This document shows, piece by piece, positions 1-12,800 of a stretch of DNA of 64,000 nt. A model generated the notes under the pieces. The model was not told the origin of the DNA and did not search any database. It saw only the letters and a program-made list of their open reading frames with translations. The translations under genes were made by a program, and so were the position numbers. Location: positions 62,001 to 126,000 of the forward strand of contig DF237103.1 in the NCBI GenBank assembly GCA_000708835.1, in the 5' to 3' direction. Each line of letters opens with the position of its first letter. The stretch's first letter is position 1. This DNA is from Klebsormidium nitens. Its lineage: Eukaryota > Plantae > Klebsormidiophyceae.

Positions 1-2611
1 GGGAATATGCGCCGGGGCAAACGCGGTGGTGCCGCCGGTGTCGTAGGGCAAAGCCGGCGCTGACTCATCACTGCCATGTGTGCGGGTAAGTCAATCTTGA
101 AGTTACTCTATTTGTCCCGGTCTGTCATTGCTTCTTCAGTCATGGTTTTCCTGGTTCGGGTCCTAGTGTTTTGAAATGACGCTTCTATACTCTGGCCAAA
201 CCAAGACCTACGTGGCTGCTCATGACCTTGTTCTTTGATGCCAAGGGTGACTTTAAAGAAGCTTCTAGTCCAAGGGAGATTTTGGTGGCCTTTCTGAAGC
301 GGTGGAGGTGGTCAATCTCGAGACAAGTCCGATTAGAGATTTGTGGTCGTTGTCCTTCTGGAGTGCTGACTTTTTTCAAAAGAAGGAGAGAGTTTTTTGT
401 ACAGCACTGTAAATCTTCAATTGACGGTTAAGTCAGATATCTGGTTATGAAACAACTTCATACAATCTCTCAGACGGTTTCTAAAGCTGGCTGCTCTTTC
501 TCGTTTGCAGGAAATGCATCCTGAAGATGGTAAGAAGTCGGCTATCCTGGTGTTGTCGTGACTTTGCGGAGAAAAGGCTTGAACCTGGGCCTCAAGCATG
601 AGGAATTGAGAGGTCCTCCCGAGCTGCTTGAATGCCAGTCAAACAGCACGACGTTACAGATTGACTGGATAAGCACTTGAGGCAACAAGCACCTCCATAA
701 CGCAGAGCCCTGCCTTGCTTTCAAAGGCTCTCCAGCTTCGTGAAATCACCTGTAAGCCTCCAAATCAGTTTTTAAGTCGATGGATTGTGTGTGGTGCCCT
801 TTCTTGGTGATTGGTGTCTCCAAGTTATCGCACTTCGGATCGGCCCTAGCTTGATGCAGATATTCTCAACCGCTCATCTGGTTTTAGTTTTTGGAAAAAC
901 GCGCCCTTTCTGACTCCTCCCTCCGTTTCTCCCCTCAGGACCATCACTGTCCCTGGCTCGACAACTGCGTCGGCTTTTTCAACTATCGCTACTTCCTTCT
1001 ATTCATCACGTACCTGTGGCTCGGCTGCATCTACGTCCTGCTCATGACGATCCAACCGCTCTTCAGGGCAGAAGATCCGGTAAGCTCCTTCGTTTTTTCA
1101 GACCAGAACCTTTAAGTCTTGCGCCTGTTGTGCAAGAGGATTGCTTGAACCCGAGATTTAGCCCCTGACTATATTTTGGCAAAAATGGCTTTGTGTTTGT
1201 GCTCTTGATCTCCTCAACCGGAGCCACACCTGTAGGCAGACGCCGACTGTCCGCTCGATCAATCTCATCTGGTTAACATGTGGTCGACGAAGATTGGAAT
1301 GTGGATCGATGTTACTAGGGTTGCAGCTGCCAACCTGCGTCCTTAGAAAGAGTGAAGCACTACTGAGGCGATCTGAACGAAGTCAGATTCCTGCTCACGG
1401 CCATTAAGCTGCTTGTCTACATTTTCCGCTCGGCATGTTGTTCAGTCAGCCGACGAATGTCTTTGCTCACTGCTTAAAGGTCCGGCGTACTGCACTTCTC
1501 GTCTAACCTGGCAGCCTGTACAAAATCGCATCTTTGCTTACGGAAATTTCGCCGTTCGATGAATCAGATACTAGCATCGAACGGCCCAAGTCCTGCCAAA
1601 AGCTTCAACTGAACGAACGGCCAGCTCTAACAAATTCGGAGCTTAGCTCCTGCGAATCTCTTGGTTCTGAAAGCCCTACGTTTTCGTTGCAGGAGAAGCC
1701 GCTGTCTACCGTGGTCTTCGCATTCACCCTCTGCTTCGCAGTAGCAATCGCGTTGGGGTGCCTTTTGGCGTGGCACTTGTTCCTGATCTTGACGGCTCAG
1801 GTGAGGGACGAGGTTTGTTGTTGGCACTGTTTCTCGAGTCTACGCACCTGTACCGAGTCGTGTGGGCCGCTTTTGTGTCAAGACTCAAACTACTCTAGCC
1901 GAGTGTTACTTGCAGACCTTCTAAAAGATTTCGTTTTTGGCATCGAGGTGTCTATGTGAGGACGCTTCGGAGGGCTGTCTAAGGATTGCGAGGCTTGGAG
2001 GATCTCGGTTGTTCTCACACCATATACTGCGTTCTGGATCCGCCAGAAGTTTGCCAGCCAGGATCTGAGGGACGCAGTCTCCTCTGCATACACCGGAACC
2101 AAATCTGCGTCCTTCAAAGCTAGATCATACTGCACGTCGAGGTGCGGGTCTACTGGGGGGACCACAGTCGACGGTTTAGGCCCACGCGATCCGAAGCTGT
2201 CCATATCTCAGCCTGATTGTGTAGTACCGCCGTTAGGTGCACAATTTCTACCGTTCGATCTGGGTCAAAGTTGAGCTTTCCAGCTCCGAGAGACCACCAT
2301 TCAGCTGAACCCACAATTCCCATATGCAGACAACGGTGGAGTTCCACGTGAACAGGCAACGGCGGGCCGACGCGCGGAAGGCGGGGCAGGTTTGGAGCAA
2401 TGAGTTTAACCTCGGTCCAATCAGAAACTTTAAAAACACCTTAGACGTACAGGGGCCGTTTTGGTGGTGCGTCTGGCTGTTACCGAGGCTACGGCCGCCG
2501 AAGGGGGACGGCTGTTTATTTCCTGTGCGAGGGGAGAGTAGCCAGCCGGCGGTTTCGCCGCCACTGGTTTCCGTGGGGTCGCAACGACACTTGTACAAAG
2601 TACTGCCTTAA
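1..2611 (+). CDS. DHHC-type protein S-acyltransferase (palmitoyltransferase), 5' end outside window
   Basis: Exons <1-85, 511-529 (19-nt micro-exon), 939-1079, 1693-1800, 2330-2611, all GT-AG and in phase. Spliced protein reads [45 protein letters not shown], then TM helices and the TTVEF (TTxE) motif. Confidence 0.93.
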
Positions 2612-3563
2612 AATCTGTGGCGAATCATTCAGCATGCTTCAAATAATCCTCTTCGTGGTCGACGGTTCATAGACCATCCCGGTTGCATCATATCGTGAGG
2701 CGGTTTCACCATGACGCAAAGATTGACGGTCAGGCCAACGGATCATGCCGGCCAGATGCTTCTCGCGTGTGTCATTGTGATTTGCGGGCCCGGGACATGT
2801 CATTGTCTTGCACGCGCCGTGTGACACTTTGGAATTCATTGCGGCAGAGAAAGTCTCGTCGTAAAACTTTCATGTTCGGACTCGAGTGACCAGGCTAGCA
2901 TGCAATGTAGTTTAAGCTGCATGTGTGGTGCTAGCCGCCAGTCATTATATACATTGAGGAGAGCCGAACTTATCAATCATGTACTGGCCGGCCAGCGCCT
3001 CTGCATGGGTGTTACAGTTGCTCAGTGATGTACGTCCCCTTAAGGATGCACGTGGCCTTTGATTTGCACAAGAAGGGAAGTGTCCGTCGATCATTAACAG
3101 ACTCGAGTCATATATGTACTGTTTAATCGACGAGATCTGGCCGGAGCTAGATCGAAACAGCTCCTTCGAGCATTTCTGCAGATGCAACGACCATGGTCGC
3201 GTTTGTAAGTCGGTCGACGATCGCATATCCCATCATACATCCAAGCGTGTGAATCAAAGCGCGCGTGCAAGCCCGCTTGCACTTGCACTTGCAAGCCCGC
3301 GAGTCACCTTTACTGCACGTCAGATCCGTATACGGACCGGCTAGCCAGCTATTGTCAAATTCGAGCATGTGCTGAGTTTCTTTGCATAAGGGATCAATTC
3401 GCAAGATCACAATTTGTGAGTGCGCCTACCAACGTATCTTATTTGGAAAGGTACGTTTGAACGAGGGTTGGAATAAGGAAAACGAAGCATGCATCCATTT
3501 CGCGACCGAAGTACCGCGGATGGGAGCCGTTCGCAACCAATTCAACGCTTGAAGGCACAGCTG

Positions 3564-6500
3564 TCAGGCTATCCTCTCGTAAAACAGCAGGTACGCTTCG
3601 CACTTTAGCACTGCGGCCAGGCTCAACTTCCGCACGTGGGCATCGCTGATGTGCCACCACGTGTCGCTTTCCCCTTCGTGCTCACCCGCCGAGAGGCCGT
3701 CTCGATCGGTCCCTCTGACGTAAGCAACGTAGTGACCCCCCCGCATGCTTCCACTGTGCTCAACGCAGCCTATCAAACGATACCGTGCCTCAACTTTTCG
3801 GTCACCATTTGCAGACAAGGCTGGGTTTGCTGACGAGATTCCGTGTTCGGCGGCGAGTGGGCGATCAACAGGTGTCAGGTGAGGTGTCACTGGAAGGACT
3901 TCCTGTTGAGCTGTGGGCGTCTCCAGCGACGTTCCCGCACTGGTAAGCGGAAAGCAAGAAGACCTTTTAACATGGGATGAGCTTCTTCTTCTACAGTGGT
4001 TTTTAGTTTCAAAAAGTTGCAACTGCGATGGGGTCCCAACTTCTCTTACCGATTTCAGCTTTTCGGATCCAGTACAAAATGACTGTAGCTCGATATCGAG
4101 GGAAGGTGCGAAGGCAAGACCGAGCACTTCGGATTGGCAGTCCTTTGTCAAAAGTCTGACAGCTTGTCACGAGTTCTCGGAATCTGAAGCACCATTGAAG
4201 GCGCTCTGGAGTTCCGCCAAAAGCGATGCGTTTAGGAAGGATTTTTTGACAACAACGGATCCATACCAACTTTGCATCCACAAAGCTTCGTTCGACAAAG
4301 ACCCTCACCTGGCGCCCCTCTTCCGTCCGTCCAAATACGGCCCCAGGTCCAGCCACTCCCCGAACGCCACGTGTCCTCCAATCTTACTCAGGCGCCCCTT
4401 CACATCCTGCCGGAACCGCTTCAGGTGCACGGTAAGAATGGGCGGCGCCTCCGCCACAAGGAACCGTTTAATCGACGTCCTCCGAACATCCCTGCTCTCG
4501 GGCGCTTTTTCCGTTTCCGTTTTCCGTCTTCCGTTTCCGTTCTGCCCCTCAGACGCCGTCGGACTGCTCTCCGCATCCGAACCGCTGCCGGCGTCTGCCA
4601 GGGACGCGTAGCCGTTCGCGAGAGCAGGCTGCTTGCTGGGCTTCGCGCGAGACTCTTTAGGCTTCCCCGCGCTGCGGCTTCGCCCGCCTGGCGTTACCCA
4701 GCTCGCGCCCTCCGGATGACACGTGTCCGCCTCGGCTGCATCCGTCACCGGACTTCGCCCCTCCGTGTTCTTTTCTGCCTGGTCTTCCCGTTCTCTCGTT
4801 TCCTCATTTCCCATCCTCTTTTGACTTTCCGAACCGCCCTCTTTCCCGCTGCCCTGCTTTGCATCACCCTTCTTCGCTTCTTCGCCGCTCAACTCGGAAC
4901 ACCCCTCTCGATCCGACTTTGACCCCTCACCCGCTCGCTCGGTCTTCCCCCGCCCAGCCCCTGCCATTTCGACCCCCTCATTTGCAACCGCCACCTGTTC
5001 CTTTGAGTTCAACCGCAGCGCTGCCAACTCGCTCGCCAGGGCGTCACCATTTGCCAAACCTCCCGTCGCATGCTCGCCTTGTTTTTCCGCCATTCCGCTT
5101 CCGCTTTCATTCTTCTGCCCCTTCGACTCGATCCCGTTCGCGTCTCCCCCAGCGACGCGCTCTTTTATACGGTCCCTCTGCACAGTTGTTTCTACCGCCA
5201 CTTTATCTTCGACCCCATCCTCGTTCACGCTGCTCGTTTCCATCTTCAGAGACAGTCCCCCCCTCACAAGCTCACCCGCTAACTTACCCCCTGGCAACTC
5301 TTCCCCCCCCTCGCTACTCGACAGCGTCCCCTCCCCTCGCAACGTCGCTGCTTCTTTGGCAAGCTTGGTGCAGTTCTCGCACGTGACCGCATTCTCCCCC
5401 TCCAAAACCTCCTCTCGTGTGAAACTATACAAGCACCCCTCCACCGACATCAGCGCCGGCGCCGGCAAACTATCACACTCCGCCCAAGCACCCCGTTCTG
5501 CTTTCGGCGCTCCGCTTTCCCTCCTGCTACTGTCGTTCGTTTTCCTCTCATTGGAGCCGGCACTCCCCTTTGCCTCGACCTTCGCCTGCCCTTCTGAGGC
5601 CACTTCCGTATTGCTCGATTTCTGGTGCCCTGTACCTTCTGCCACTGCGCTTTCATCGTTCCGATCCTCCCCTGCGCTTCCAGTTCCTGCACTTTCAGCG
5701 AGGGAGCTCTTGCGCTCCCTCTCAACTAGTGCCTCCTCACCCCCCTCAACGTTCGGCTCTTGCACCCCCTCTAGTTTTCCAGCTACTTCCCCACCCCCCA
5801 CGACAGCACCATTTCCTACCCCCTCGGCACCCGCTTCCGGCCCCCGGCCTAACGTCTCACTCTCTTCCGTTCCCTCTACTTCTGTTTCACCGTTCGTCCC
5901 CGCTCGACTGTCTTCCGTTGGTTCTGCCCCCGCAACTCGACTCTCTGACAGCCCAGCAGGCAACCCTCCAACATCACCAGGCACAACTGCCCCCCCTCCA
6001 TTCCCCTCTTCCTGCCCCCCATGAGAGCTCTCCGTCTCTGGCTTGCCGCTAGCCTCTGTTCCTTCTGCACCTATCTCTTCTCTCCCTACACCCTCATCAT
6101 TCTTTCCCTGGTTCAAATCTTCCTCTGCTTTCTCTGCATCTCCTCCTACTCCGTGCTCGGACCCTCCCAGGTTAGCGCTAACCCCCTCGCTATTCGCCTT
6201 TCCCTGGCTCTTCCTGCGGGCTGCCTCGGTGCCCTTCCGCTGTGTAACCGCCCACTTCTCCTTCCGGGGGGGTGCTGCGCCAGCCGTTTTCGACCCCCCC
6301 AGGGACGGCAACGGCAGCGAGAGGTCGAGGAACGGCTCCTCCATCGACGAAGAATGGCCACACGTGCAGCACACGACCGTGCTTGAGAGCTTGCCGCCAA
6401 ACGTTTGCTGGACGAAAGTCGGGAGCGGAATAGGGGTCTTTGGAGTCCCGGAGGGGCTTGCCTTGGTTTCAAACGCAGGTTGCGACGGACCATCAACAGA

Positions 6501-9009
6501 GCTTTGAGCGGAGTCTTTCTCTCGGGCGACGGTTGAGACCTCTGCTGTTCCAGACTCGGAGGCTTTCGATGCCAAAGCGGACGGCGGGTTTCCTCCGTTA
6601 GACTCGCCTCGCAAGTCCCCGTGCGCTGAGGTCACGTGACTCTCCGGTCGCTTCTCCCTACCGTTTTCCACCAACCCGCCTGCGGCCTCCCCCCCTCCTT
6701 CGCCGGGGTTATCCGTTTCTGGTTCCAGACGTGCAGCAGCCCCCCCAGGACTGTTTCCTGACCACAGTCCTCTCCCTCCCCCGTTTTCGGAACAATGCAC
6801 CGCTGCCGCACCATTGCCCCATTCCGGCTCCGGCCGATTTGCACTGTCATTCTCACCCCCCCTGCCGTTTCCTTCCGCAGGCGAAGCTCCTTGGGAGGAC
6901 CCATTAGTTTCAATATTCCCGTCTAAAGCATTCGCTTTCTCCTGCTTCTCCAAAACCCTCTTTTCACTCCCCTCAGCATCCCCGCTTTCGCTCAAAGTCT
7001 TCAAGTCTCCGCTGCCCTCCTCTACAGAGATTCCTTGGCCCCGCGCTTTTCGGATCACAACCAGGCCCCCCTTCGCGCTGCCCTCTTCACCCCCCCGTTT
7101 CGTTTTCGCCGTCCGCTTTCGAGCGATCAGCTCCTCCCCGTCCAATCCATCCAGCAGGTAGCGCAGCAGCTCGTGCGCATCCTGCTGCTCAAACCCCTTA
7201 AACCTCGACGCCTTCGCGCAAACCGCCTGGAACAGCCTCGAGGGGCTGTATGCTGCCGGCCGGGGGCCCCCCTTTCCACGCGTTCCTTTCTTCCCGAGCA
7301 CTTTTTTCCCCTTGAATCCTTTCTCGGGGGATGCAACACCCCCTGAAGCTGCCCCCCCGGCTGAGGAGAGTCTCCCGAGGTCGGTGTACAGGCCTCGCAG
7401 GGCGGTTGTCAGCGGCCCCTCCAAGCGGGGGTTGCTTTCGCCATCGCTCCCGCCTCCCTGAAAAAAGTCCTGGAGCGGCCGCACGGCAACCAGGTTCTGA
7501 AGCACCGAGTTGAAGAAACAGGTGTTGCCAAGGTTTGAAAACCCGACGACTCTCCTTTCCCCGGCCGACAGATTGTCCTGCCCCCCAGCGTCTTCCTCCC
7601 CACTTTCTGCGTCAGCCGCAAAGGAGGCCTTGCCGGAAAGATCGCTCAACGTGCTGCCCCCCTTGCCGCTGCCGGACGCGCGCAAAACAGGGCCTCCCTG
7701 GCTCTCCCGCACCAGAGCGGCGCACTCCGCGATGCAGCGGTGCTGGCTGACGGCGTCGCTGACGTCAGCGTCCGCATGCACACTGACCCCCAAGACGCTC
7801 TCCCCCGCCGCATCGCCCTCGGACCCCACACCCTCGTCTGTCCTGCTGTAGTCTACAAACGCGCCCCCCTTGCCACATTTTGTGCACCAGCAATCCAGGG
7901 TTCCAAGGTTCAGGAAGAGTGCGTGCTGCTTGTGCTGGGCGTGGTTCTTCACGTGGCTGAGCAGTGGGGGGGGCGCTGCGGTGCCTGGTTTGGGGGGGGC
8001 CTTCCCGGTGGCCTTGGTTACCCCCTCGGAAGAGGAGCAACAGACAGCGGCACAGGCGAGACAGAGCCACAGCTCCTTGGCGGGGGGGGACTTGGTCGTG
8101 CGTTCAGGAGTTGCTGGCGCTCCTGCATCCCAGAGAATAAACATGAAAATGTGCCCGTATATTCATTGATTGCTGGACGATGTGCCCGTATATCCACAAG
8201 TGCTGGATTTTTTAATATGCATCCCCAGATCTCTAACCTTGCAGAGAACTTTTTTGTCAGGACAACAGAAGCCAGCCCTCCTTCTCCTTGCCAACGCTTC
8301 CATTGCAGTTTAAAATTGCATTAGTCACAAAAGTGCTCAGTAAGCTGCTGAAGGTGGTGGCAATAAAGGAGTAGATTCGCAAATTGATAGTTTTAAAAGT
8401 CGCCAGCTTGATGTGGTCTTTCGTGTGCATAAAACCCCAGAATCTCATACATCTACAGGTGCAGATAATTTTCAGCCCATTTCTATCACGTAAAAACAAT
8501 GAAACATTTCAAAGACCACCACCATTAGGGTTTGGCTCACCTTTTCCCTTCCCACCCCCTTTCCCCGCCCCCTTCTTTCCTCCTTTTGGACGCACCACCC
8601 TCGCCTTTTCGCACTCATCGCAGGAGTACGGCGCTTTCAACTTGGCCACCTTTGCCTTGATGGCATTAGGTAGCGCGCCTTTTTGCGCATGCCTGCAGGT
8701 TGCCGCCTCGCTTTTTGGGCCACCGCTGATATCTTCTCCTCCACTGCCCCTCTTCTCCGCCGTACTGCTTTCAGCAGTCCTGTCAGGGGTGGCCACCGAT
8801 GCTTGTGGGCTTGGCAACACCCCATCTTTTGCGCCCAAGCCTTCTTCTCCAGTCCCTTTCGAAGCCATGCTGCTGACGTCAGCATCTTTCGCATGGATTG
8901 AGCTGGGCAGGTCGGGGTCGGATATTACTGGGACCGGAGGAGAGGCTTCATTCGTATGTCGCTCGGGCTCAACGATGCCAAGACGGGCAGCTTCTGCAGT
9001 CTGAGCCAT
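3564..9009 (-). CDS. Ubiquitin carboxyl-terminal hydrolase, USP16/USP45 (plant UBP1/2-like) type with ZnF-UBP, ~1552 aa
   Basis: Exons 9009-8541, 8122-4309, 3939-3564 (phases 1 and 2 consistent). ZnF-UBP (CRH...CDEC...[12 protein letters not shown]...H...H...CWCTKC), Cys box [31 protein letters not shown], His box [35 protein letters not shown]. Confidence 0.95.
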
Positions 9010-9892
9010 GGTGGCTGTATTCTACATTCAGCGTGCGCTGAGCTCATGGAGGCCTGCCAGCAGACGTCAGGCAGAAGCTTGCAATCGCCCTTAATCCGCA
9101 TCGCCTCCGCTTTTCTATTTTGCTGGAGTTCTCGTCCATTGAGTCATGCAATCTGCCTTTCCAAAGCTCAGGCGTTAAACTTAAGGCGGCGGCTCTGGCA
9201 TTTTGCATGGACCGCAATCACCATTAATAAGATGCGAATGATCACCGCGATGCAAATCTGCCGGGGATCGTTAACGATTGTGAACCTTCCGATGCAGCAG
9301 TTGCGGTCATGAGCCGTGGATATCATATCACGCCATCCGAATGAAAGAGGAAACTGTTGTGTCTTGAACTTCTGCCCATCACCGATGCAACATTGGGAGA
9401 AAGACAGGCAGGAAACGTACTCTGCAGATGGGCGATCGAAGAGCAGCACGATCAGACACAGTGTACCGGTACAGTATCTGCAGCCCACCACTCAAGACAG
9501 CCTGACCACAGTGTAAAAGTATGTAATCTTACAGGTACCTGTATCAAAGTAGACCGTAGACAGTGCACACACGGCAGTAGAAACAGAGTGGAGAGTCTTA
9601 GGAAGGAAGCTGAATCCTGCAGATTTCACTCGCTTCTTTTAGCTGATCGGATTTTGTTTTCTCAGCAGTTTCGGGCCCGTTCCAGGTCGTGATTTGCCGC
9701 GAAACAGACTACGACTACAAAATAGGATCTCGTTCAGGAGAATCACTTTGAAACCTTGCAGGTATTATACGCCCAACACATGAAGTACAGGGCGTCCGTA
9801 GCTACCAGGGACAAATGCGTCAAAGAAGTGTAGGGAGGTAGCTTTACTTGAGCTTAACAGGCAGGCACCTTTAAGTTTCTGCATCAGCAGCA

Positions 9893-12800
9893 ATGTACGC
9901 TTTTGCTGCGGCTCTGCCGCCTGTGGCAATTCTCGTGCTTGCAGCAGGCTCTCTCGCTCTGCGGCGTAGGCACAGGCCGAAGGCTCCTCTAGAAAGGGAT
10001 GCAGTTGACAAGAAACTTTCTCAAACGGTGCCTGAGGTTGCAAAGTTGAAAGCCAAAAAGACGCGGAAGAGGTCAAAACGGTCGTCGCAACCTACCAATG
10101 TTGAAAATGGAGATGATGAATTAGAAGCGAGGGGAGAAACACAGCAGCCGGAGCTCCAGCTAAGGTCTGAGCAGGAAGCGCCTTTGGAGATGACAGATAT
10201 GCCGTAAGCACCTCATACCTGATTGTTGGTTGATACGTGAGTAATCGGGGAGTAATCCTTGTTGTGCAGGGTTTGCTGATTCAATGCGTCAGAGTCCTTG
10301 GAGGTTTGAGCTGTGATTGAGGTGACAAAATATTAGAAGGTTCAGTGGCTGTCTACTTCATATCGTCGTGAGGAAGCCCAGTCATGAGAAGAGAGCGCAA
10401 CGTCCAGCATTTCGATTCTTTGTAGGCTATCCTTTGCATGACATTTTCACATAAACTCAGTCAAGCAACCCTCGCTTGTGGTACTCATGCAGGTCGAGCT
10501 CGTCCGGCACAATCTCAGGTGACAGCACAGGACTGTGGACAACCGTCATGAGAAAGTCGCGGACATCAAGGGCCTCTGTTGCACGTGCTGAAGCACAGGC
10601 GGATGCAACTGCCAAGACAACAGCTGCATCAACACTGCTGATTAGTGATGCTGCCCCTAGCAGCTCCTTGGTACATCCAGTGCACCGCCCCCAAAGCAGC
10701 ACAGCTAGCTCTGCAGAGGAGGCCTCTGCTCGTGCTCAGGCCAAGTGGTTCACTACGGAAGAAATGCACCCAGGGTCCCAGTCACAGAGCTCACAGCCAA
10801 CTCCCAAGCCCCACTCTGAAGATGCACAGTGCGCGAAGGAAGGGCACGCAAAGCGGCGTTGCTCGGCCTGTCTGCAGCAGGGCGTTGTGGCATCAGGAAG
10901 GGTGGCTCCACTGCAGAAGTCTCAGACAGGGAAGAACTGGGCGGCAGTGACAGCGGACACGCCAGACGAACAAGTAGCGACTGTCAGAGACTTGGCCAGC
11001 TTTCCTCTGTTTAATAGAGCCAGCGAGTTTGGTGCTGTGGGAGACCGGGTAATCTCTTACCATGCTGTGAAAGCGAAGGTCGATACTGGCAACGTGCGCT
11101 TCTCTTCTGACTCTGATGCATCTGAGACCCTGGCCAAGCGGTCGATGGAGTCTGCAGATAGCACTTTCAGCAGTCCTCGCAGCATGGGGAGCCTCAGTCC
11201 GAGGAGTCAGTCAAGCACCCTGGATGGGATGAGCGATGAAGATGAGCATGCTGGCAAGTCGTCAGCTGCTGAGCTGGAATATGTAGCAAGGCAGAACTTG
11301 TCCGGGCCCAAGGACCCTGTCAATGAGTTGAAGGTGAGCCTCCTCATATTCAGATCAAGTCCTCACCTTTAGAAACTTTTTACGTCTCACGACATACCTA
11401 GATTTGCTGCACCTGCTAAGAATCTTCACAACCCCTCCTGCCCGACTCGATCAGTAGTCCGGCAAAGTCGATTGGATAGACCGGTTTGCAACTTGTCCAG
11501 AACATTCAGAAATTGACGATCTTTGAACAGCCAGATGCTGGCAGTTCTCAACGGCATCTGCGGTCAGCTTTTGTCGAAGCATGCCTTCCAGAGCACATCC
11601 GTTGTACCTCATGCTTGAGCTTCGGGACATCCTCCTTGCAGACCCTTCCCGAAAGATTGGACTCCTCGGACTGGCTCGAGGTGGCAGATGCTCTGAACAA
11701 CCTTCGAGCTCTCGTCTTCTTCCACGCAGCATCTTCAGAAAGTGTCATGTAAGCCCAGGCTGCCCTCCAGAAGCTCGAGACACGCCCGTTCGACGTTTGT
11801 AGGGTCTGGCCCGCCCCGTTTTGTGCCTCGTTTCGCAGAACCGATACCTGCTGTTGACATGAGTTGGACGCTTGCAGATTTAGACGTCACCTCTTGTCAC
11901 AGATGTGTGCCTATATCTGGGTCGAATTCGTGACAGAGTCCATGTCACAAAAGATGCAAAAATATGACCATCTACGATCTCTGACCTTTGCTTTGCGCTT
12001 GTGCGCAGGCCCAGCGTTGCCCCGCAGATCCTCAAAGCCATGAAGAACCCCCGGAGCGCTCTCCAGAAGACTGCAATCATGGCACTCACGGATGCTTTCT
12101 CCAGCCTGGGGGACAAGACTCTTCCGTGGATCAGTCTCCTGGTGAGCCGGCTCATACACGCGCACTCCACGATATTTGTTGTAACATTCGGTTCCAGGAA
12201 CGGGAATAGCTGCAAACCTTTTGCTTTGAACGCGTATTGCTAGTCAAAATATAGAAAGCAGGAATAAGTTGGACATCAGAGATCAGAAATTGAAAGGTGA
12301 TCAGCAAGCTTGTCTTTCGTACGACGGATGCACGGGTTCTGTTGGTCTACAACAGTGTTCGTGAACAAGGATATACGGAACGTAGCTGCGACGATCGAAA
12401 ACGACCGACACGTCCTTGCCAGAATCAGACCCTGTTGAACAACTTTCCTTCTGTCCGTCATCCTGTACAAACTAACAACGGTTGCTTATCCGTTGCCAAA
12501 AACAGACTCTTTGGCTCTCGACTGTCATACCGATGCATTCAACACTTCGGATTCCCTTTTTAAGATTTCTTCTTCGTCAGAACATGTCTTGCTCCCCCTG
12601 ACTCTCGCAGTTGCTCGAGCTGTTCCTCAAAGCGTCTCAAGACAAGAAGTTTGTCTGCGAGACCGCCGATGAGGCCCTGAGAGTCATGGTCGCCAGCGTC
12701 TCTCCTGCACCGCTGCTCGAGAAACTCCTCCCGTTCACCAACCACAAGAGCCAGCGGGTTCGAGCAAAGGCAATCGCCGCAATCTACAGCTCGCTCATCC

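Noticed and set aside
3913-6507. Several long plus-strand ORFs (e.g. 3913-4611, 4272-4922, 5356-6024)
   Set aside because: They are antisense shadows of the GC-rich USP coding exon, with S/P/L-rich translations and no family motif.
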